The notes under the pieces: model-generated
What the model was told of the DNA's origin: nothing
The model's database searches: none
The model's input: only the letters and a program-made list of their open reading frames with translations
Part shown: in pieces, positions 1 to 7,455 of the stretch
How the letters are laid out: the number at the start of each line of letters is the position of its first letter
Numbering within the stretch: the first letter of the stretch is position 1
Translations under genes and position numbers: made by a program
UHGV virus genome: UHGV-1603728
Length of the DNA: 18,018 nucleotides
Strand: one strand, 5' to 3'
Source: a virus

Positions 1-50
1 ACCAATATAATGGTGCCGATAAATGACAAAACGGCTTTCAAACCAGTCAT
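1..50 (-). CDS. Partial CDS: N-terminus of a putative spanin (Rz-like), running off the window edge
   Basis: ATG at 50..48 overlaps the endolysin stop (ATGA). The encoded N-terminus MTGLKAVLSFIGTIIL is hydrophobic, and the position directly after the endolysin is typical for a spanin. Confidence 0.35.
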   Translation of the reverse strand, partial: MTGLKAVLSFIGTIIL

Positions 51-589
51 ACCACCACTCGCTCTTTCATCCAGCCATAGACAAACGACTCATTTGCTTC
101 GCGTTTCTCCGCCAGGTCCAGATAACGGTCGCCCTGCGTACAGTTAAGGGCCGTCAGCATTACCCGTTCGCCGTCTTTTCCCCGATTCCCAAGATAAGCA
201 CGTAGCGCATTAATGGTACGTGGACCGATTCGTCCGTCTGCATCCAAATCGGGATACAGCTTCCCGCGCAGGTTGAACACATTCAGCCAGCGTTGAAGCA
301 TTTTTGACGCCACTGTTGGCCCCATGTTCACCCCCGTGTCACACAGCTCTGCGGCAATATCAGAGGATAATGCGGCCACCTGATCAAAGCGTGGTCCGTA
401 CCAGTAATCAGCCTCAAGGATTTCCAGTGCCTGTTCGCGGGTTAAATCGCGCATATCGCCACGATATCCATGAGCACGGGCAGTGTTCTGAGTAATGCCC
501 CACTTTGTTGGGCCTCCCTTGTCGTCAGGGTGATCCACATAGCCGCCCTCTTTTCCAAGAACGCTGTTAAAAATCTCATCTTTGGTCAT
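47..589 (-). CDS. Phage endolysin, glycoside hydrolase family 108 with a C-terminal peptidoglycan-binding domain
   Basis: The N-terminal motif EGGYVDHPDDKGGPTKWGIT is the GH108 signature. The C-terminal part resembles a PG_binding_3 domain. It is the last gene of the lysis cassette. Confidence 0.85.
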   Translation of the reverse strand: MTKDEIFNSVLGKEGGYVDHPDDKGGPTKWGITQNTARAHGYRGDMRDLTREQALEILEADYWYGPRFDQVAALSSDIAAELCDTGVNMGPTVASKMLQRWLNVFNLRGKLYPDLDADGRIGPRTINALRAYLGNRGKDGERVMLTALNCTQGDRYLDLAEKREANESFVYGWMKERVVV

Positions 590-872
590 GATTAAACCCT
601 AATGCGTCAACTATCCGCGCCAGATTGCCCCTGAAATACAGAACAACGATGCAGATAATCAGATTTCCAATAACCACCAGCCAGTGGGATTCTTGATAAA
701 GACCGAACACATAACGGAAGGGAACATTGGCGTATACAATGACGTAGATATAAGCCAGAAAGGAAACAAATGGACGATGCCTGGAGTCTTTCCGTCGATA
801 AAGCATCAGCGCCATTACTATTACTGTGCAAAGCACCGCATTAATCAGTGCTGACGGGTCACTGCTTACCAT
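576..872 (-). CDS. Lysis-cassette membrane protein (holin- or antiholin-like, about 3 predicted TM segments)
   Basis: Start trimmed to the ATG at 872, which has the SD GGAGGGGG 6 nt upstream. The product is hydrophobic (VLCTVIVMALMLY, VIVYANVPF, LVVIGNLIICIVVLYF). It overlaps both neighbouring lysis genes. Confidence 0.5.
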   Translation of the reverse strand: MVSSDPSALINAVLCTVIVMALMLYRRKDSRHRPFVSFLAYIYVIVYANVPFRYVFGLYQESHWLVVIGNLIICIVVLYFRGNLARIVDALGFNHDQR

Positions 873-1254
873 TTGAACCCCCTCCACGTAAGCGGGAAAG
901 CATTCCAAAGATGCTACCGAGATCCTGGCTGTTTACGAACGTGAGGATTTTAATTGTCAATGCAGCCACAATAACCGCACCAAGTGCATCAAGAGGACGA
1001 TCGTTGTAGCTGGTCCATTTGGCAAGAAATGAGCCAACTAACGGCGCTCCAATCACTCCAACAATGAACGATGTAAAGAAATAGCCAATCAGCTTGAGAC
1101 GGCTAATATTCACCGCTGTAGCAACATAGAAAACAGCGCCAGCAAATGCCCCGAATACAACGCCGTAATCAATACCAGTTGCAATACCAAAAACGCTGGC
1201 ACCCATCAGGCCACCAGCAGCAACGGCCGTACCGGAAATTGGTTCTGCTGACAT
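859..1254 (-). CDS. Putative holin / lysis membrane protein (Gly-rich, multi-TM)
   Basis: 131-aa hydrophobic, Gly/Ala-rich protein with several TM-like segments. SD GAGGA lies 6 nt upstream. It is the first gene after the terminator and precedes the endolysin. Confidence 0.55.
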   Translation of the reverse strand: MSAEPISGTAVAAGGLMGASVFGIATGIDYGVVFGAFAGAVFYVATAVNISRLKLIGYFFTSFIVGVIGAPLVGSFLAKWTSYNDRPLDALGAVIVAALTIKILTFVNSQDLGSIFGMLSRLRGGGSNGKQ

Positions 1255-1267
1255 TGAAATCCTCGTT

Positions 1268-1298
1268 AAAAAAAAAGCCCCGCCGAAAAAGGCAGGGC
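1268..1298 (-). terminator. Rho-independent terminator immediately upstream of the lysis cassette (tR-prime-like)
   Basis: On the minus strand: an 8-bp GC-rich stem (GCCCUGCC/GGCGGGGC, one G-U), loop UUUUUC, then a run of 9 U. The holin SD starts a few nt downstream. Confidence 0.7.
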
Positions 1299-1633
1299 TT
1301 CATAAAGCAACAAATTACGCGGTAATCGCTTAACGCAGTTTTACTACGTTAAATGAAACACTACACCCAGTTACCACCTAAAACAAGATTTTCCCATAAA
1401 AAAACCTTCATATCGTGGTTAATCGATCAATAAAAAAGCAATGTTCAACTTTTTACCAACCGAACATCCCGACCAGGACTTCCATAATATTCGCCGATAT
1501 GCCACTGCTTAAGTTGAGTAATCTTCTCCAACTTAACTCCCATAGAGTCCAGTTTCTGCCATGTTTTCGGTTGTATGTGCTTCATTACCCGCTCTGAATA
1601 TCTGAATACTGCTCGTAAGCGCATGGTTTCTCA

Positions 1634-1816
1634 CTACAGCTTATATAAGTGGTTTTTCCAGCGGTTTTGCGCCGCGCTGGGCTTTTTGCAAAAACCACAA
1701 TCCATCATCCCGTAATGTTTCATTAACCCCATCCGTCGGTTGCTGAGTCTCACCCACTGCCAGACGCCAGGAGCGTTTCTACGAACTAACAGAATCTTTG
1801 CTTTACGGTTTTTCAT
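1634..1816 (-). CDS. Hypothetical small basic protein (60 aa); doubtful
   Basis: ORF with SD AGGAG 9 nt upstream. A plus-strand terminator-like hairpin (1658-1680, followed by TTTTT) lies inside it, and the region 1300-1990 is otherwise ORF-poor. Confidence 0.25.
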   Translation of the reverse strand: MKNRKAKILLVRRNAPGVWQWVRLSNRRMGLMKHYGMMDCGFCKKPSAAQNRWKNHLYKL

Positions 1817-1988
1817 CGTTTTGCTCTCCTGCGTCTCTTTGCTGCTCGTCGTGCCGATGCAATACCGGTATGGCGGCGCTTTGGTGCCGGGATGATGTTG
1901 TCAGCCATCAGGACATGTGGCTTTGCAATTAGCGCAGAAGCCCAAAAACGAGTCGGGTACGGTAACAAGCCGATACATGCCACACGCA

Positions 1989-2417
1989 TTACTCACCTCC
2001 TTTGATGCGAATGCCAGCGGCGCGTGGCACATTAACTTCCACGATGCGCACTGTTGGTTTGTACATCTCAATCTCTGTCAGCCAGTCAGCTCCTGTCATG
2101 CGCTTTTCCGCATCGCCATTAGTCCACTGAACCGGTACACCAATAGCCTTCATCGCGATTTCTATTTCCCCGGCAATGGCGCTTTTTCCGCAACCAGTAA
2201 AACCAGAAACAACGACAAGAACTTCACCTTTGGCTGGTTTTATTTCCCGAGCTTCCAGTTCTGCAATGCGCTTTTTGTCTGCTTCCCGTTCATCCAGTAG
2301 TGCCAGCACAACCTGAGGTGTGACTTTCATACGAAATGCCAGCAATTTTTGAGGCGTTGCTACTGTTTCAATTGCTACTGCTGCCTCACGCAGTACCTGA
2401 TAGTCAATCTTGCTCAC
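1989..2417 (-). CDS. Ead/Ea22-like paralog with a Walker-A-like motif (GFTGCGKS)
   Basis: GTG start with SD AGGAGG 7 nt upstream, overlapping the upstream stop (GTGA). The N-terminus (IDYQVLREAA ... LLDEREADKKRIAELEA) parallels the upstream Ead-like protein. Confidence 0.55.
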   Translation of the reverse strand: MSKIDYQVLREAAVAIETVATPQKLLAFRMKVTPQVVLALLDEREADKKRIAELEAREIKPAKGEVLVVVSGFTGCGKSAIAGEIEIAMKAIGVPVQWTNGDAEKRMTGADWLTEIEMYKPTVRIVEVNVPRAAGIRIKGGE

Positions 2418-3193
2418 TGGTTGCCTCCTTTGCGAAGCTGGGCGGCGAAAGATGTTGCTGCGGAAGCGATAATTGCATGCCGGTATTCACCATCAGAAAA
2501 TAAAGAATCCCCCTTAAGTGCATTGACGATACTTTGATGATTTTTTGCCAGCATCTCCACGCCCTGCGCCCGAACTTCAGCAAGGAAAGCATCGGTGGCT
2601 GGGGTTTCGACATTAGGTCGAAGCTCATAATCACAAACTCTTTCAATCCATGGTGATACTCTGTCGCATTTCCTCTTCTTGCGTTCACCGACCTTGGTTG
2701 CCTGCTGAATAATTACCCCCCAGCAAATGCTTTCGACCTCTTCGCTCCATCCATCGCAAGCATCGCCTCTATAGTCGTCAATTGCAGCCTCAGCAGCAGC
2801 GATAGCCTCCTCAGCAGTTTTGTGACACTCGAAACTAAATTCAGAGCCATATGAGAAATACATAGCCCCGGCCTTAAGCCCCGCATTCTCCGCCGCCAGA
2901 GCCGCGCAACTGGCCTCCAGCTCTGCAATGCGTTTGCTTTGAGCCTCTCGTTCATCCAGCAGTGCCTGCACTACTTCAGGGTTGAAAGCTGCGATAAATT
3001 CTGCGTTGTTCTCTGCATTTTTCTGGTCGTCAAAGCCAGGCCATTTGACAATGTCTCCGCAACGTTCATCCCCCGGCGTATGCACCGCATATGTATCAGT
3101 GCCCGGCGAAATGAATGCGACCCATTCGCCCTGTGTTGCCAGTTTTGCTATCTCACGTAGCGCCTGATAGTTAATTGCTGTGCTGTTAGTCAT
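2414..3193 (-). CDS. Ead/Ea22-like prophage protein
   Basis: Start trimmed to ATG 3193 (MTNSTAINYQALRE) with SD GGAGG upstream. Has the motif NPEVVQALLDEREAQSKRIAELEA followed by a coiled-coil, typical of the Ead/Ea22 family of lambdoid prophages. Confidence 0.6.
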   Translation of the reverse strand: MTNSTAINYQALREIAKLATQGEWVAFISPGTDTYAVHTPGDERCGDIVKWPGFDDQKNAENNAEFIAAFNPEVVQALLDEREAQSKRIAELEASCAALAAENAGLKAGAMYFSYGSEFSFECHKTAEEAIAAAEAAIDDYRGDACDGWSEEVESICWGVIIQQATKVGERKKRKCDRVSPWIERVCDYELRPNVETPATDAFLAEVRAQGVEMLAKNHQSIVNALKGDSLFSDGEYRHAIIASAATSFAAQLRKGGNQ

Positions 3194-3530
3194 TCCAGGC
3201 CTCCAGCTCGTTCTGAATCTCCTCGTCAACCTCGTCATTGGTGGCGTCTTCGTTCAGATGGTCGCGCGCCTCTTTGAGATACTGTTCACGGCGTTCGTGG
3301 TACCAGGCTGAGAACTCCGGCGACCATCCTCGATTAGCCCCCTGAAAATCTACCATCGCATTATCCTCAGCCATACGCTCGACCATGCAATCCGCGGTGG
3401 TCAGTGCAACCTCACGGATGTACCCCCGCAGGTCACGCTTACGCCAATACGGGCTATATTTTGAGTCGCAGCGACCTTTAAATTCGACGGTCCAGCGACG
3501 GATGCAGCGTGCGTTAAGTGATTTGCTCAT
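3186..3530 (-). CDS. Hypothetical protein (114 aa, acidic C-terminus)
   Basis: ORF with SD AGGAAG upstream, tightly packed between neighbouring genes on the same strand. Confidence 0.45.
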   Translation of the reverse strand: MSKSLNARCIRRWTVEFKGRCDSKYSPYWRKRDLRGYIREVALTTADCMVERMAEDNAMVDFQGANRGWSPEFSAWYHERREQYLKEARDHLNEDATNDEVDEEIQNELEAWND

Positions 3531-3532
3531 AG

Positions 3533-4153
3533 TTATGCTTCCTGAATACGCTTAAACTTAATTACCCATACCCACGGGTTAGATAGCCAGTTCTCTTGCC
3601 CGTAAATACCGCGCCAGATATCACCAAAACCAACACGATAAACAGCTTCCGGCGGCGTAATCTTGTACGTTGCCGGAGATGCGCCTTCCGCTTTGGCATC
3701 TGCCTCGCTCATGTCATGCAGCCGCTCCACACGCACGTCGGTAATTTCCAGCAAAATTCGCGATGCCCATCTCGGCATGTGAATTGACGGGGTCCAGCCC
3801 TCAGATGGCTTGCTACTATCTGAGTAATCAGCCTTGTAATCACACAGCTCAGAAGCCAGAGAGACACCATCTTTGATTTCCTGAATAACATCGTCATCCA
3901 GCCAAAAAGCGTTGAATGTCTCACGTACCCATATGCGATCACCAACGTTACCGAACGGGCATAAGCCATGCTCAGGTGCATCCATAACGTGGGTATAGAC
4001 ACCATTGCGTTTCTTTGTCGGTTTACTGATAACCAGGCAGTTATCGGCCCTGACATTTTTTACAGGTCGACGAGTCTGCGTCTTCCTGCCTTCGAGGATG
4101 GCTCGGACCATCTCATCATTAAAAATCATGCCGCGCTCTTTCACCTTGCTCAC
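3533..4153 (-). CDS. ASCH-domain-like (PUA-fold) phage protein
   Basis: GTG start at 4153 with strong SD GGGAGGAG 5 nt upstream, overlapping the upstream stop (GTGA). The motif MIFNDEMVRAILEGRKTQTRR ... GDRIWVRE resembles phage ASCH-domain proteins. Confidence 0.5.
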   Translation of the reverse strand: MSKVKERGMIFNDEMVRAILEGRKTQTRRPVKNVRADNCLVISKPTKKRNGVYTHVMDAPEHGLCPFGNVGDRIWVRETFNAFWLDDDVIQEIKDGVSLASELCDYKADYSDSSKPSEGWTPSIHMPRWASRILLEITDVRVERLHDMSEADAKAEGASPATYKITPPEAVYRVGFGDIWRGIYGQENWLSNPWVWVIKFKRIQEA

Positions 4154-4515
4154 TTCAACTCCTCCCGACGACGTTCCTGAAGCTCTAGCATTGCGGCTCG
4201 GAAATCCTGCCACCATTCCTCATCTGCAACGGGGGTGTTTCGCTCCAGCACCTTGTCCGCATCAGCGATCAGGTTTGCCAGACTATTGTCTGAAATCTTC
4301 GTTACCGGAGTCGTTGGTTGCTCAACCTGCCCGATAGGTTTTATCGTGCTCAAAAGGAGGCGACGGCGGGAAAGTGGTGCCCCACAACGACGGTCATCTT
4401 CCTTGCGATATGTTTCTTTCGGACCAACACACCAGGTTGTCGGCGTTTCACGCAACTTCACTCTTTTCTCACCATCATTGGTAATGATTATTCCGGTATG
4501 GGTTTTGATGCTCAT
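4150..4515 (-). CDS. Hypothetical protein (121 aa)
   Basis: ORF with SD GAGGGG upstream; its ATG overlaps the upstream stop (ATGA). Confidence 0.45.
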   Translation of the reverse strand: MSIKTHTGIIITNDGEKRVKLRETPTTWCVGPKETYRKEDDRRCGAPLSRRRLLLSTIKPIGQVEQPTTPVTKISDNSLANLIADADKVLERNTPVADEEWWQDFRAAMLELQERRREELK

Positions 4516-4793
4516 GCCACAGCCCCTCTCAACGGCTTAACTTTGGCTAATAAGGTGTTAAACAACATGGAGTTAGGATTCATGCCAAATGGCAATTCCG
4601 GTTTAGCGGAGTAGTACAGGCAACCATTTATTTTCCTGGTTGTTATCTGTCCTTCGGCAACCATGCTTCTCAGTCTGCAACGCATAGAGTTCTGCGACAC
4701 ACCAATGTGCTCCGCGATTACGTCCACTTTTGAACATGGGTGATCGGTCAGGAAATTAATCACATCTTGGGGGTTAATAATTTTGCGTTTCAT
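4512..4793 (-). CDS. Small winged-helix-like DNA-binding protein
   Basis: Start trimmed to MKRKIINPQ (ATG 4793, SD AAGGA upstream). The segment VDVIAEHIGVSQNSMRCRLRSMVAEGQI looks like a wHTH. An iteron cluster sits directly upstream. Confidence 0.5.
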   Translation of the reverse strand: MKRKIINPQDVINFLTDHPCSKVDVIAEHIGVSQNSMRCRLRSMVAEGQITTRKINGCLYYSAKPELPFGMNPNSMLFNTLLAKVKPLRGAVA

Positions 4794-4807
4794 TGTCGAG
4801 GCGTCCT

Positions 4808-4840
4808 TATACATTTATATAAATATATAATTCTATATAC
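4808..4840. promoter_or_regulatory. AT-rich iteron cluster S1 (TATAGATTT / TATATAA-type units) upstream of the wHTH gene
   Basis: tatacatttatataaatatataattctatatac matches the iteron family that flanks parA/parG. A 7-bp hairpin follows at 4841-4858. Confidence 0.4.
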
Positions 4841-4870
4841 GGCGGGAGACATCCCGCCGTAGGCTTACTG

Positions 4871-5938
4871 TCAGGCTTTCAATAGCGATTCTTTCAGATA
4901 TCGGGCATCAGCCAGGGCGTTTGGAGTAATCTTGCGAACCCATGCATTACGGGTTGGACTCCACTTAAAGGCGCGTGATTTAAGCAGCGAACGAATGTTT
5001 GCCTCTGGTTTGCCAGGGAAATAAAACAGGATGCGGTTATCCTCTGGATCTATCTCCATAGAAAAGCCGTCGTATTCTTCGCGCTGTGCTCCTGTTACAG
5101 ACTTGACCGATTCAAGCTCCTTAATACGGCTCTGTAGTCGTTTGATTTCGGCGTTATTGTTGCTCAGTACGTATGAAGGGAATCCGATGCGCCCACAGAA
5201 ATCTCCGGCCAGTAACTCTTTGGCTTCGCTTTCTGTAAACCTGAGATCGATTAATGCAGAAAGCTGCTGTAATTGGTCTTTTTTGTATTTGCGAATAGCC
5301 TTATTTGCGGCCTTCATTTTGACGTGTGACTTCATGCAGCCTTGCAGCTTACGAAGCAACTTAAATAGCGCATCAGGATCATCAGACGAAATTCCATTAC
5401 GACCAACACCTGCGGCTTTGCTCTCGTAGTGTGATGCTTTACTTTCGCATTCAACAAACGCTTTTCTTAATAACGCATCAGCTTTAGACAAACGGCGGCG
5501 ATGGCCTTTCGCGCTATAATGGTCAACTAAAATCGGCTGGCCTAACGGGATCACATCCAACAGGTCATGCGCTCGCTTATGCGCTACCGCACCTTCTTTT
5601 CTGGCTTTTTCTGCACGAGCAATATATCGGGCAAGACGCGCGTTCTGGCGTTCCTGATAGGTGTTTACGTAATCATCTCCGCGCTGCTGCTGTTCAAGCC
5701 ATGCTTTGCGCAGATCTTCTGTTACGTCCACCAGCTCCGCAGGGATACAACCAGTTTGGGCTTCATAAGAGTAACCATCCTCATAGATACGCCCATCATC
5801 TTCAACAAAGAAAAAGGTTTCGTGCTCATCGCTTTTGACCATACGACCATTAACATGGCGTAATAGGTAGCCAGTATCAGTGCTTAACAGGCTGTTAGGG
5901 TTGTTGATCCAGTCAGAAATAATTACTTGTTTATTCAT
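4871..5938 (-). CDS. Hypothetical protein, 355 aa (possibly DUF3560-like)
   Basis: Long ORF with SD GGAG 7 nt upstream. It sits directly downstream of the 102-bp promoter/leader repeat and the iteron palindrome. Confidence 0.55.
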   Translation of the reverse strand: MNKQVIISDWINNPNSLLSTDTGYLLRHVNGRMVKSDEHETFFFVEDDGRIYEDGYSYEAQTGCIPAELVDVTEDLRKAWLEQQQRGDDYVNTYQERQNARLARYIARAEKARKEGAVAHKRAHDLLDVIPLGQPILVDHYSAKGHRRRLSKADALLRKAFVECESKASHYESKAAGVGRNGISSDDPDALFKLLRKLQGCMKSHVKMKAANKAIRKYKKDQLQQLSALIDLRFTESEAKELLAGDFCGRIGFPSYVLSNNNAEIKRLQSRIKELESVKSVTGAQREEYDGFSMEIDPEDNRILFYFPGKPEANIRSLLKSRAFKWSPTRNAWVRKITPNALADARYLKESLLKA

Positions 5939-5944
5939 CAGATT

Positions 5945-6046
5945 TCTCCGGTTTAACCAGGGCGGGTATCGCTCGGTTTCGGGTATAACCTTAGGAAATT
6001 TTTTCCCACCTGTAAAGCGCTTTTTATATAAATCTATAATTATATA
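5945..6046 (-). repeat. Copy A of a 101/102-bp promoter-leader repeat (about 97% identical to 16048-16148)
   Basis: Near-identical to copy B, with 2 substitutions and 1 indel. Contains a TTTACA -35-like box, a conserved roughly 50-nt leader, and GGAG before the ATG. Confidence 0.75.
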
Positions 6047-6056
6047 TTTATAGATT
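6021..6056. promoter_or_regulatory. Iteron palindrome S2 (AAATCTATAATTA-N-TATTTATAGATTT) upstream of the -35 box
   Basis: Inverted 10-bp arms AAATCTATAA / TTATAGATTT. Same units as the iterons around parA/parG. Confidence 0.5.
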
Positions 6057-6107
6057 TTCGATATTCCCGATGTCTATACACCATCAAAACAGCTCAAAAT
6101 GACACTT

Positions 6108-6485
6108 TTACTCTCTTCGCTTTTTCAAATAGTCGACAACATACGCCCTGGCTTTTGCCAACTTCCGGCGATACTGTCTGAGACTAAGAGAAAGGGCGTG
6201 GGCTTTATCAATATGCGGTGCATTTATGTCGAGGCCCCGAATCTCCCACGCCCCGTATTCAATTCGGACAACCAGCGCCGCAGTCTCATCAACTACCGTG
6301 AGGGCCGTCACCGCTCCCTCGATACTGGTTTCCAGTGAGTCATTTGGTGCGCCGCCCCCTCCGGTAAACTGGCAACGCGTAACCATCATCATTTCTAACA
6401 TCGACGCGAAACCGCTACGGGCGTTGCAGCCATTGCGCACCCACAGCGCCCATAGCTCAAACAAGCTATCCAGATCGCGTCTCAC
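6108..6485 (-). CDS. Antitermination protein Q (Q82/QuuD-like small Q family)
   Basis: 125-aa protein whose N-terminus (MRRDLDSLFELWALWVRNG) follows the pattern of the small Q antiterminator family. GTG start with SD GGGAG. Last gene of the early operon. Confidence 0.6.
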   Translation of the reverse strand: MRRDLDSLFELWALWVRNGCNARSGFASMLEMMMVTRCQFTGGGGAPNDSLETSIEGAVTALTVVDETAALVVRIEYGAWEIRGLDINAPHIDKAHALSLSLRQYRRKLAKARAYVVDYLKKRRE

Positions 6486-6488
6486 TGT

Positions 6489-6821
6489 TCAGATCTCCCG
6501 TATCGTGACGGGATAAAGCGCCTCTACCTGCTTTTTCTTCATGATGTAGACGTCTGTTCGCACACCTTTAGTGTCGACACAATCAATCGTCCCATCGTCA
6601 TAAAACACCATGAAATCAAGTTTATAAACGACACCACCTGGCAGATGAAAAGGCACCTGCATAAGAAACGTCACAACGCGGCCAGCTTTTCTCAGTAGCT
6701 TCAGTTCGCAGTAGTAATCAGCCTCTTTTTTGCTATCAAAAGCGATATCATCGACAACCGTTTTTTTATTGCCGTATTTGCTTTTCCTGGTCGCTGGTTT
6801 GCGAAAGCCGGTATATCTCAT
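6489..6821 (-). CDS. DUF1064-family phage protein
   Basis: N-terminus MRYTGFRKP ... KYGNKKTVVDDIAFDSKKEADYYCEL is characteristic of DUF1064, common in phage early regions. Confidence 0.55.
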   Translation of the reverse strand: MRYTGFRKPATRKSKYGNKKTVVDDIAFDSKKEADYYCELKLLRKAGRVVTFLMQVPFHLPGGVVYKLDFMVFYDDGTIDCVDTKGVRTDVYIMKKKQVEALYPVTIREI

Positions 6822-7222
6822 TTGGTATCCCCTGGTACTTCACCAAGACTAAGATCAAACCCAATTTCGTCTTTAACTGACTGCGGCAACAGCTCCCACG
6901 TCTGCGCACACAAAAATTCATCTGTGCCATAACGCTCAACAAAGCGAGCACAATTACTCAGGGGAGGGTGACGAACGGCAATATGCGGAGGCACACGCCC
7001 ACCACCAGGCACAACACCGCGATGATGTGGTGCGCACAGCCCAAAGCTATGGAAGTGGCAATTCTCATCAACGCTGCCGTAATCAGGATCGTGATGTAGC
7101 TCCGTCCACAGCTCTGGATTCTCAATTTCACGGCCATCAATAATGCAAGCTATGCAACCCACGTGAGTGAGCACCGCTTGTATATAAAGTTTCTCTTTCT
7201 TCGTTGGTGTACGTCCGTTCAT
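6818..7222 (-). CDS. Cys/His-rich nuclease-like protein (Ref / HNH-like recombination enhancement type)
   Basis: Motifs GCIACI, HHD, CHFH and CAPHH. Its ATG overlaps the upstream stop (TGATG). Confidence 0.4.
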   Translation of the reverse strand: MNGRTPTKKEKLYIQAVLTHVGCIACIIDGREIENPELWTELHHDPDYGSVDENCHFHSFGLCAPHHRGVVPGGGRVPPHIAVRHPPLSNCARFVERYGTDEFLCAQTWELLPQSVKDEIGFDLSLGEVPGDTK

Positions 7223-7455
7223 CAGCGCCCCTTACCATTGATAAAGAGGTTGAACTCGTTGATTAACTGGACATACATGCTTCTGGCCGCGTAGTTCTTT
7301 GCCAGCTCTTTACGGGATGAGATCCCGCAAAACTCACGCAGAATCACAGAGGCCTCAGAACTGTTTGAAACGTTCTTCCCTGTTTTACTGGTCAGAAAGC
7401 GCCAGAATTGGGGATTCTGGCAATGCATCGCAGCACCGCGAACATAACCACTCAT
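7222..7455 (-). CDS. Hypothetical small protein (77 aa)
   Basis: ORF with overlapping start/stop codons relative to both neighbours. Confidence 0.45.
   Translation of the reverse strand: MSGYVRGAAMHCQNPQFWRFLTSKTGKNVSNSSEASVILREFCGISSRKELAKNYAARSMYVQLINEFNLFINGKGR

Noticed and set aside
23-205. 60-aa plus-strand ORF
   Set aside because: Lies entirely antisense to the well-supported GH108 endolysin and the spanin start; no RBS.
2404-2955. ORFs 2404-2688 and 2713-2955 (minus strand) and 2939-3167 (plus strand)
   Set aside because: Alternative-frame or antisense ORFs inside the Ead/Ea22-like gene, which has the coherent start, RBS and family features.
3596-4337. Several 60-115-aa ORFs in other frames and strands across the ASCH-like and 121-aa genes
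   Set aside because: Overlap better-supported genes; no RBS; low-complexity or Arg/Ser-rich translations typical of off-frame reading.
5031-5863. Plus-strand ORFs of 132 and 98 aa
   Set aside because: Antisense to the 355-aa gene, which has a strong RBS and promoter context.
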